The notes under the pieces were generated by a model, which was not told the origin of the DNA, made no database searches, and was given only the letters and a program-made list of their open reading frames with translations. From an uncultured Hippea sp. (GTDB lineage Bacteria; Campylobacterota_A; Desulfurellia; JAADFJ01): a stretch of 59,096 bases of DNA. Position 1 is the first letter of the stretch; each line of letters opens with the position of its first letter. A program made the position numbers and the translations under genes. Shown piece after piece: positions 1 through 6,109 of this stretch. The stretch covers positions 1 to 59,096 of the forward strand of contig CAJVZA010000002.1 in the NCBI GenBank assembly GCA_913009315.1. The letters run 5' to 3'.

Positions 1-454
1 CACTGTAATCTCTTTCATTAGTAAAATAATAATAAGAACCGTAAGGGTTATAAATATTTGATGAAGCGTCATACTTAATTGTTTCGTTATTAGAATTATT
101 AAATGCGGCATTATTATCAATTGACCAATGACCACTGCAAAAATATTCTTTTACCCGCAACCACCTGGACCTGGACCAAGACCACTGACTACATTCATAC
201 ATTTTATCAGGTTTAAAGTAACCATAATAAGTATTAGTTGCGCTATAGTTGTTTGTGTCACCTGGATAAGCAAAAAAACTCATACTCCCGCTATAATCCA
301 AAACAAGCATAATATTAGACGGCAGATTTGTCTGTATAAACGGCGGTGCTGCACAATATTGGCCTCCTCCATCGGCAACTGCAACGGAAGCCCGTATTCC
401 GAAAATCATCAATACGGCAGCCATTATCAACAAAATCCTGAATTTATTCCTCAT
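1..454 (-). CDS. PilY1-like type IV pilus-associated protein with vWA-type motif; N-terminal part only, continues off the window edge
   Basis: Absent from the ORF track because it is open at the window edge. My minus-strand translation from the ATG at 454 reads MRNKFRILLIMAAVLMIFGIRASVAVADGGGQYCAAPPFIQTNLPSNIMLVLDYSGSMSF... This is a signal peptide followed by a PxNIMLVLDxSGSM motif as in PilY1/vWA proteins. The start makes an ATGA overlap with the upstream ORF stop. Confidence 0.5.
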   Translation of the reverse strand, partial: MRNKFRILLIMAAVLMIFGIRASVAVADGGGQYCAAPPFIQTNLPSNIMLVLDYSGSMSFFAYPGDTNNYSATNTYYGYFKPDKMYECSQWSWSRSRWLRVKEYFCSGHWSIDNNAAFNNSNNETIKYDASSNIYNPYGSYYYFTNERDYS

Positions 455-780
455 TTTAGTAGACCTCTTTTTCTCATAAATACGAAATTTTTCCCGTCAA
501 ATGCGCCAAAAACTCTTTCGCCTTTTTTTAAGTTATTTGGACATTTTCCGTTCAGCTCTATCGTATCGTTTCTGTAGCTTTCACTCATTACCTTGATTTT
601 GCATCCGCTCCTGCCAATATCCGTAATAGTTCCAACTACCATAACCGGCTCCATAGCCGTACGATTTGATACATTCGCATAGATCATCTTTGAAAATGCA
701 CTATCAGGAGAAATGATACCTATGCCGGCAGCTATCAATACGGCAATCATTATCAACAAAATTCTGAATCTGTTTCTCAT
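451..780 (-). CDS. small secreted hypothetical protein (about 109 aa)
   Basis: ORF 451..792. The likely start is the MRNRF ATG at 780, preceded by GGAGGG at 5 nt spacing. It has an N-terminal hydrophobic signal peptide. I recognise no family. Confidence 0.45.
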   Translation of the reverse strand: MRNRFRILLIMIAVLIAAGIGIISPDSAFSKMIYANVSNRTAMEPVMVVGTITDIGRSGCKIKVMSESYRNDTIELNGKCPNNLKKGERVFGAFDGKNFVFMRKRGLLK

Positions 781-837
781 TTTTCCCTCCATCGGTTAGC
801 GTAAAATAGACCGATTGTCCCATTTTCTCTGACCGTA

Positions 838-1083
838 TCACTCTGTATAAAACTTTTCTTCAAGTTTGTCAATGGAAACAAACTTGCTCGCTTGTCTTAT
901 GATTGCCCGCAATGTTCCTTTATCAAGATGAGAATGCGCAGGAACTATCAGTATCTGCTTTTCTCCGGACGATAACACTCTTTTCAGCTTCGTATGGCTT
1001 CCCTTTTGAGACGATTTTTGAAAGCCGAACGATAGAAAGATTTTCACAACCTCACTACCTGAAAGCTGTTTCAACCGGCTCAT
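838..1083 (-). CDS. hicA: HicA-family mRNA interferase toxin (YcfA-like)
   Basis: 81 aa. LSGSEVVKIFLSFGFQKSSQKGSHTKLKR...VPAH..LDKGTLRAIIRQA matches the HicA pattern (GF..x..kGSH ... P.H ... gtlr.I..qa). Confidence 0.8.
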   Translation of the reverse strand: MSRLKQLSGSEVVKIFLSFGFQKSSQKGSHTKLKRVLSSGEKQILIVPAHSHLDKGTLRAIIRQASKFVSIDKLEEKFYTE

Positions 1084-1369
1084 CTGCTACCTCGGTTTCC
1101 AGGTGAATATCCAATATTGGATTGGATACAAAACCAAGGGATTCGGATTGTTCTCCTTCAAAATAGAGCTGTACCGCCTCCTTCAGGTTTTTCAGCGCCA
1201 TATCCAGGCTGTTTGCTTGAGTAACCACGCCGATTTCCATACATTCAGCTACAAATCCCCCCTCATCTCCATAATAAATCATTGCGTGAATAATTCTACG
1301 CAGCATTTTTCCCTCCATTGGTTTCAAATTCCTATCTTCCGGATACTTGATGAATGCCTTTCTTTTCAC
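1055..1369 (-). CDS. hicB: HicB-like antitoxin (UPF0150 fold)
   Basis: IIHAMIYYGDEGGFVAECMEIGVVTQANSLDMALKNLKEAVQLYFEG is the typical HicB N-domain. The GTG start at 1369 overlaps the upstream stop (GTGA). The 3' end overlaps hicA. Confidence 0.7.
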   Translation of the reverse strand: MKRKAFIKYPEDRNLKPMEGKMLRRIIHAMIYYGDEGGFVAECMEIGVVTQANSLDMALKNLKEAVQLYFEGEQSESLGFVSNPILDIHLETEVADEPVETAFR

Positions 1370-1557
1370 AAAACTATTTCTTTTATCTCATGTTTCTCAG
1401 GCACATCATCCATTGCCATCATTAGATACGCATCTTTGATGTTCGCCTCCAATTCCTCCAATGTCTTCCCTTGAGTCATAATTTCAGGGTGCTCAAGAAA
1501 TTTACCAAGCCAAAATTTGTCAGATTTCCAATAAATCAAGGTCATTTTTGTCAGCAT
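1366..1557 (-). CDS. second small HicB/UPF0150-like protein (about 63 aa)
   Basis: MLTKMTLIYWKSDKFWLGKFLEHPEIMTQGKTLEELEANIKDAYLMM is a HicB-like fold motif (..QG.TLEEL..N..DA). The ATG at 1557 has AAGGA 7 nt upstream. The longer ORF start at 1593 lies inside the junction repeat. Confidence 0.55.
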   Translation of the reverse strand: MLTKMTLIYWKSDKFWLGKFLEHPEIMTQGKTLEELEANIKDAYLMMAMDDVPEKHEIKEIVL

Positions 1558-1571
1558 AGATACATCCTTTC

Positions 1572-1630
1572 TTTTGGGGTCGTGTCTTTGCATTTGACAT
1601 AACTCCCATCTATTTTATTTTTCACCGGTT
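1572..1630 (-). repeat. TA-cassette junction repeat, copy 1 (about 60 nt; 30-nt core at 1576-1605)
   Basis: Plus-strand core is GGGGTCGTGTCTTTGCATTTGACATAACTC. It is near-identical to the copies at 2400-2429 and 3131-3160, and the flanks also match copy 2. Confidence 0.9.
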
Positions 1631-1673
1631 TTTCCTCTTTTTATGCAATTTTTCTCAAATATCTCCCGCAAGT

Positions 1674-2084
1674 TCATTTTGATTTCAAATCTTTTTCAAT
1701 AACATTAAGCTTTTCTAAAATAAAATCTTTTGCCTTTTTAGCAAGTTCAAAACATTCTTTCGCTTCATCGTATGTAGGTATATAGAACTCGTCCGGATAT
1801 CTTAACTCAACAGCGTAATATGAAAGATTTTTAGTATCAATATTTTTAAAATTATCGTCAATATTCTTGCATAATTGCAAAAGAAACTCAAGGTTATGTG
1901 TTCTTCCAAATTCAATACCGTTGTTAGAGAGATAAGCTTTTAATAATTTTTCAACAAATTGTTGAGCGTGAAAGCAAACAGAGCTTGTTACTACCTCTTT
2001 TTTTGAAAGTTTAAACTCATTTTCAATGGTTCTGTAATCTTCAAATGCTTTTATCAGCCATTTTCTTAATATTTCATCTGTCAC
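1674..2084 (-). CDS. HEPN domain protein (toxin-like partner of the upstream nucleotidyltransferase)
   Basis: The C-terminal 136 aa of ORF 1674..2279 read WLIKAFEDYRTIENEF...FHAQQFVEKLLKAYL...GRTHNLEFLL...AVELRYPD (HEPN R-x4-H type). A GTG at 2084 overlaps the MNT stop (GTGA). The longer ATG-started ORF would overlap the MNT gene by 200 nt. Confidence 0.75.
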   Translation of the reverse strand: MTDEILRKWLIKAFEDYRTIENEFKLSKKEVVTSSVCFHAQQFVEKLLKAYLSNNGIEFGRTHNLEFLLQLCKNIDDNFKNIDTKNLSYYAVELRYPDEFYIPTYDEAKECFELAKKAKDFILEKLNVIEKDLKSK

Positions 2085-2449
2085 AGCTTGATTCCTTCTT
2101 TCAATGCTTCTTTGGTAATACTGCCGATAAAGTTTTTGTAATAGTCCAACTCTTTTTCTGATTTCACAATCACATCGCAGTCGATTAAAAATCGAGCCAA
2201 TATTGTTCTTATTGATTTTGCAAGTTTTTGCTTTTCTTTGATGTTTTTTTTGTCTTTCACAACAACAAGTATGTCCCAATCGCTATATTTATTATAATCA
2301 CCTCTTGCGCGAGAGCCAAACAGTATAACCTTCACTATTTTTATGTCGTCTGCGGCTTGTAAAATTAATTTTTTTATCCACGAACAAGTAAAATCTTTTG
2401 GGGTCGTGTCTTTGCATTTGACAAAACTCTCATCTATTTTGCTATTCAC
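2081..2449 (-). CDS. minimal nucleotidyltransferase (MNT), antitoxin-like
   Basis: VILFGSRARGDYNKYSDWDILVV is the GS-x-ARG...D-x-D nucleotidyltransferase motif. The start is uncertain because the only canonical start (2449) reads through the junction repeat. Confidence 0.75.
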   Translation of the reverse strand: MNSKIDESFVKCKDTTPKDFTCSWIKKLILQAADDIKIVKVILFGSRARGDYNKYSDWDILVVVKDKKNIKEKQKLAKSIRTILARFLIDCDVIVKSEKELDYYKNFIGSITKEALKEGIKL

Positions 2450-2455
2450 CGGTTT
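2396..2455 (-). repeat. TA-cassette junction repeat, copy 2
   Basis: GGGGTCGTGTCTTTGCATTTGACAAAACTC at 2400-2429, plus about 25 nt of shared flank with copy 1 (CATCTATTTT..TTCACCGGTTT). Confidence 0.9.
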
Positions 2456-2831
2456 GCCCTTCAGTTTCCAAACTTTTCATTATTGCCTCTGATTTTATCA
2501 ATAATTTATCCATTTCATTCCTGCATATATCAAAAACTATTTCAGCATCTATATCAATATAACGATGAGAAATGATCTCTCTCATTTTTATTATACTGCT
2601 CCAGTAATTCTTGTCACCAAACTTAGGAAGCAGCAAATTATCGATTTTGTTTATGCCTTTTATTGATTCGCCGATTGCCTGCAATCTCATACATATAGCA
2701 TCAAACAGGTCGAGATTTCTATCATTCGCGTAAAAGTCATCTGGAGTTTTAATGCTGTCAAATCTCCTTTTTATAATTTTGATACTTTCAATAATAAAAT
2801 CTGCAAGCGATAACAATTCTTCTTTATGCAT
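2442..2831 (-). CDS. hepT: HepT-like HEPN toxin (DUF86)
   Basis: 129 aa. MREIISHRYIDID carries the R-x4-H-x-Y DUF86 motif. The gene overlaps the upstream MntA-like gene by 8 nt. Confidence 0.8.
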   Translation of the reverse strand: MHKEELLSLADFIIESIKIIKRRFDSIKTPDDFYANDRNLDLFDAICMRLQAIGESIKGINKIDNLLLPKFGDKNYWSSIIKMREIISHRYIDIDAEIVFDICRNEMDKLLIKSEAIMKSLETEGQTGE

Positions 2832-3129
2832 ATATAATATTTCTGTTTATACTGTTTTTTAATGCCTTTTTCATTCTTTTGTGTCCGGTTACAATATCAA
2901 CTTTCTTTCCCATTTTATTTTCCAGAAACAGATATAAATCTGACAAATTTCTAAAAGATTTGTCATAAAACTCCACATAAAAGTCTATATCGCTATTTTC
3001 CGTTTCATTGCCTCTGGCATAACTGCCAAAAAGACCTATCTTTGACACTCCATATTTAACTCTCAAAATTTCTTTGTTGGATTTCAAAAACTCCAGTATT
3101 TCCCGAGGCGCCGGGCCGAACCGAAACAT
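2824..3129 (-). CDS. mntA: MntA-like nucleotidyltransferase antitoxin
   Basis: MFRFGPAPREILEFLKSNKEILRVKYGVSKIGLFGSYARGNETENSDIDFYVEF shows the GS-x-ARG/D-x-D motif. The start is either the ATG at 3129 just after the repeat, or the ATG at 3168 reading through it. Confidence 0.75.
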   Translation of the reverse strand: MFRFGPAPREILEFLKSNKEILRVKYGVSKIGLFGSYARGNETENSDIDFYVEFYDKSFRNLSDLYLFLENKMGKKVDIVTGHKRMKKALKNSINRNIIYA

Positions 3130-3130
3130 C

Positions 3131-3160
3131 GGGGTCGTGTCTTTGCATTTGACATAACTC
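3131..3160 (-). repeat. TA-cassette junction repeat, copy 3 (core only)
   Basis: GGGGTCGTGTCTTTGCATTTGACATAACTC, identical to the copy 1 core. It lies between the Uma2 stop (3170) and the MntA ATG (3129). Confidence 0.9.
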
Positions 3161-3169
3161 TTATTCATC

Positions 3170-3775
3170 TCATTTGCCGCTGATTTGTTCATCATCCCTT
3201 TTCTCATTTTTCGGCAGTTCTTTTTCAAATATTTCCCACAGGTTTATCTCTATATCGAACGCCTTCAGCTTGAGCACCTCATCCCAATTGAGAATGTCAG
3301 CAGCACCGTATTTTTCGTTTTCAAGATAAAACCGTTCAACATATTCAAGCTCAGGATGAATCAATACATATTCAGAAACGCCAAATTTTTCATAAAGCGT
3401 CTTTTTTTCGCGCTTATCCTTAAGAACAGTCGAAGGTGATACGATTTCAATAATTAGATCGGGTGCACCTTTGATATTAGCTTCAGTAATTTTATTTTTA
3501 TCGCAAACTACGAAGATATCAGGCTGAACAACATTATACTCATCAAATACAACATCGGTGGGAGCACTAAATGGTGCACACTCTTTTAGTTTTTTTTCCT
3601 GAGATGAAATCTTTTTACTTATATTCCAGCTGATTTTCTGATGCTTAACCTTCGGTGCAGGACTCATATCATAGGCTTCGCCGTCGATAATCTCCCACCT
3701 TTGGTCATCAGACCATTTGAGATAATCATTGTAATTAAATCTTTTGTTAGCCTGCTGTATAATCGGCATTTCCAC
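3170..3775 (-). CDS. Uma2-family (DUF820) putative restriction-endonuclease-like protein
   Basis: 201 aa. YLKWSDDQRWEIIDGEAYDMSPAP...HQKI...PDIFVV...PDLIIEIVSPST...K...Y...GV.EY matches the Uma2/DUF820 PD-(D/E)xK pattern. Confidence 0.8.
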   Translation of the reverse strand: MEMPIIQQANKRFNYNDYLKWSDDQRWEIIDGEAYDMSPAPKVKHQKISWNISKKISSQEKKLKECAPFSAPTDVVFDEYNVVQPDIFVVCDKNKITEANIKGAPDLIIEIVSPSTVLKDKREKKTLYEKFGVSEYVLIHPELEYVERFYLENEKYGAADILNWDEVLKLKAFDIEINLWEIFEKELPKNEKRDDEQISGK

Positions 3776-3910
3776 CTCCCGGATATCCCAGATGAGTGAG
3801 TATGGATATAATTCAAGAATCCTTTACATAGACCTTAATTATAGCGTCAAAGCTAATATTTTGCAACCTTTCGGGGTTTTTGATATTGGAATCGTGCCTC
3901 AATATAAAAC

Positions 3911-3970
3911 AAAATCAGCAAATCTTACTCTTATATTTGTCTTCTATGATTCGTATAAGATTTAGAGGCA
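3911..3970 (+). repeat. left copy of a diverged ~60-nt direct repeat bracketing the repeat-rich spacer
   Basis: AAAATCAGCAAATCTTACTCTTATATTTGTCTTCTATGATTCGTATAAGATTTAGAGGCA compared with 5098-5166. About three quarters identical by eye. Confidence 0.6.
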
Positions 3971-4075
3971 GATAGATCAATTTCCTTTACGTAGATTTTC
4001 CAATGCGGGCAAAGAGAATAAGATAAAGAACATTGTGAATATTTTCCTTTCCATCATCGCGCAAAGTATCTCACC

Positions 4076-4256
4076 ACAGGCAGGATGCCTATGATACACT
4101 GAGACTGCCGCGGCCTTCGGCCTCGCAGTGACAGAAAGAAAAAGTCATTGCCTTGGATATTTTCTCTCTGTCATCGTAAGCATTTTCCCCCTCCGTCATT
4201 GCGAGCGAAGCGAAGCAATCTCAGTTTCTTCAGTGTATCACAGGCATCCTGCCTGT
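4076..4256. mobile_element. MITE-like element (family 2) with 27-nt terminal inverted repeats
   Basis: TIRs are ACAGGCAGGATGCCTATGATACACTGA (4076-4102) and TCAGTGTATCACAGGCATCCTGCCTGT (4230-4256). It contains a GC-rich UUCG hairpin (4105-4128) and the core GTCATTGCGAGCGAAGCGAAGCAATCTCAG. Related copies lie at 56690-56752 and 57136-57234. Confidence 0.8.
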
Positions 4257-4353
4257 TCTTTTCTTCTGTTCCGCATTTGAGAAAAGATGTTAAGAAAATC
4301 TTCTGATGAAGCGTATAGAAAATTAAGGGTAACTCTGATGGCCGGATGCTTCC

Positions 4354-4458
4354 ATAGAAGATAACTCAGGAGCGAGATAAAGTGATCTGTTTTTCGAAGG
4401 CTTAGCGGTGCTTAATTCGAGGAAAAAGATTGCTTTAGATTGCCCTGAGTTATCTTCC
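4354..4458. mobile_element. small nested MITE-like insertion (~100-105 nt) with 14-nt TIRs
   Basis: TIRs are GAAGATAACTCAGG (4357-4370) and CCTGAGTTATCTTC (4444-4457), with CTTCC repeated at both borders. The homologous repeat copy at about 57030-57050 has the uninterrupted (empty) site. Confidence 0.7.
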
Positions 4459-4754
4459 CTTTGGGCTTTATATTCTTTCCCGTATGCTTCGTCGCAGCTT
4501 CTCGGCATATGCTTGTGCTATGCCTTCGAAACCTGCTCCTTGCCTGCGCAAAAGAGTATTAAAGCTATGGGAGTATATGACCCTCAGAGTTACCCTGATG
4601 TTTGAGCAAAAGGGGAGAGATTGGTCGGTAAATATTATAATATTATTTGTTTTTTTGCTGTGCTTTTTAAGAATTGGAAAAGACTGTGAGTTTTCTATTT
4701 TTAGCTGAAGCAGGAGATTTTTAGTCTTTTCTCATCGCGGCGACTTTTTGCATA

Positions 4755-4914
4755 GGTCAGACTAAGTGATAACTGTTGTAAGATTGCGCAGCATTTTGCT
4801 TTGCATTCAAGGAGCGGGAAAGAGCGCTACCTAATATGGTTGTAACCTTTTCCGCAACACAGAAGGTGAAGCAAAAGACAAGCAGGATTGCGGCAGGTAT
4901 TACTCAGTCTGACC
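4755..4914. repeat. inverted-repeat element (family 3)
   Basis: GGTCAGACTAAGTGATAAC (4755-4773) pairs with GGTATTACTCAGTCTGACC (4896-4914) as an imperfect 19-nt inverted repeat. Confidence 0.6.
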
Positions 4915-5041
4915 TCATTTTTGGTCGTTCAAAAAGCAAGAGAAAGTATTCCACTTTTTATACACTCCAAGCAAGAAACGAGATAGGTTGCAACGGTTAT
5001 TACTCAGCCTGACCTTATTTTTGGTCGTTCAAAAAGCAAGA
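4887..5041 (+). repeat. two ~55-nt direct repeats exactly 100 nt apart
   Basis: ATTGCGGCAGGTATTACTCAGTCTGACCTCATTTTTGGTCGTTCAAAAAGCAAGA (4887-4941) compared with GTTGCAACGGTTATTACTCAGCCTGACCTTATTTTTGGTCGTTCAAAAAGCAAGA (4987-5041). Confidence 0.85.
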
Positions 5042-5097
5042 AATAAAAATCTTGATTATTCGGAAAGATAAAAAGATAACTATACATTCAAGTCTTC

Positions 5098-5166
5098 AAA
5101 ATCAGATCACCAAATCTTATTCTCAATGTCTGTCTTCTATAGATTCGCATATAGCTTTCAGAGACA
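5098..5166 (+). repeat. right copy of the diverged direct repeat bracketing the spacer
   Basis: AAAATCAGATCACCAAATCTTATTCTCAATGTCTGTCTTCTATAGATTCGCATATAGCTTTCAGAGACA aligns with 3911-3970. Confidence 0.6.
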
Positions 5167-5414
5167 CTTTCATATTTAATCAACGACAGAGAAATAAGCC
5201 TGTCGGTCTTGTCAGTTTTAGTTGATACGAATAGAATAAGGAGTTATGTCAAATGTTGACAGGTTGTTGAAAAACTTCTGAGTTCTACGTGTTGCCTCAT
5301 TTAACAATCTATATGAAAATAGTAAAATGAGGAGACTCGGAGATAGCATGAAGAACAGACTTTCAACAGGAGACAACTCTATGTTACTAAATCTCAAAGA
5401 AAGGCTGCCGTGAA

Positions 5415-5443
5415 TGCGTTTATTGTGCAGCGTTCTCATTTAT
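5415..5443 (-). repeat. solo, degenerate copy of the family-1 TIR
   Basis: GCGTTTATTGTGCAGCGTTCTCATTTATG compared with the consensus GCTTATTGCGCAGTGGTCTCATTAT. Confidence 0.6.
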
Positions 5444-5644
5444 GATAATATTTCTATTTTTATATCCCCTGCATATTGTTATTGAAGAATTGACTGATAA
5501 GGATATGATAAGTGGTTTGTTTGGAAATAAAAGCATCGGAGCAATTTTGAGAATCCGAGAGAGAACTATGTAGCAATGAAAGCATGAGGTTGTTTCCAAT
5601 AGCTGTAGTTGAAATTTTTTAAAAAGAGGTTAGAAATAGTATCT

Positions 5645-6109
5645 ATGAATTTAACTATTAAAAATGCAAATCTGCATGATGTTGATAAAATTTATGACAT
5701 CATAAAGCAGGAGGCTCAGAGAAATCTGCTTCTTGTGCGTACAAAAGATGAAATAGCCGCAGAGATAAGAACATTCAAGCTGGCGGAAAATGACAATAAG
5801 ACGGTTGGATGTTCGTCTCTGTATATATGGAACAGAAAATGGGCCGAAATAAGATCACTCGCCGTGGTTCAGAGCGCCAGAATGACCGGGGTTGGAGGAG
5901 AATTAGTCAAAAGTCTGATATATGATGCAAAATTATTAGGCCTGAAGCAGGTTTTTGCATTAACATATCAGGTAGATTTTTTCATAAAGCAAGGTTTTTA
6001 TCTAATTGAATTCAGCAAGATTCCGGACAAAAAAATATGGGATTATTGTGCAAGATGCCCGCTGCTTTCCTGCTGCAATGAAAAAGCAATGCTTCGGGAT
6101 CTGTATTGA
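5645..6109 (+). CDS. GNAT-family N-acetyltransferase (short N-acetylglutamate-synthase-like)
   Basis: IRSLAVVQSARMTGVGGELV is the acetyl-CoA binding Q/R-x-x-G-x-G motif. The likely start is MNLTIK at 5645 within ORF 5609..6109. Confidence 0.65.
   Translation: MNLTIKNANLHDVDKIYDIIKQEAQRNLLLVRTKDEIAAEIRTFKLAENDNKTVGCSSLYIWNRKWAEIRSLAVVQSARMTGVGGELVKSLIYDAKLLGLKQVFALTYQVDFFIKQGFYLIEFSKIPDKKIWDYCARCPLLSCCNEKAMLRDLY

Noticed and set aside
128-577. 149-aa plus-strand ORF at the left edge
   Set aside because: The translation is low-complexity and Pro/Phe/Ile-rich with no motif. It lies antisense to two minus-strand genes that have signal peptides, an SD and coupled ATGA starts.
1572-3172. Integron attC interpretation of the TA junction repeats
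   Set aside because: I found no extended imperfect palindrome with R''/L''-L'/R' (GTTRRRY) organisation in the repeat, and no integron integrase in the window. It is kept only as one hypothesis under the finding, not as a call.
4323-4605. Small ORFs (61-74 aa) inside the repeat-rich spacer, and the ORFs at 56682-56870, 56935-57162 and 57095-57307
   Set aside because: They are translations of MITE or repeat DNA (peptides such as HCERSEAIS and SLRAKRSNL arise from the GCGAGCGAAGCGAAGCAATC core). They have no SD and the same DNA recurs in both orientations.
4887-5041. Possible CRISPR-like array
   Set aside because: There are only two repeat units of about 55 nt with a 45-nt spacer, and the units are imperfect and part of an inverted-repeat element. 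No cas genes are present, and I saw no CRISPR array anywhere in the window.
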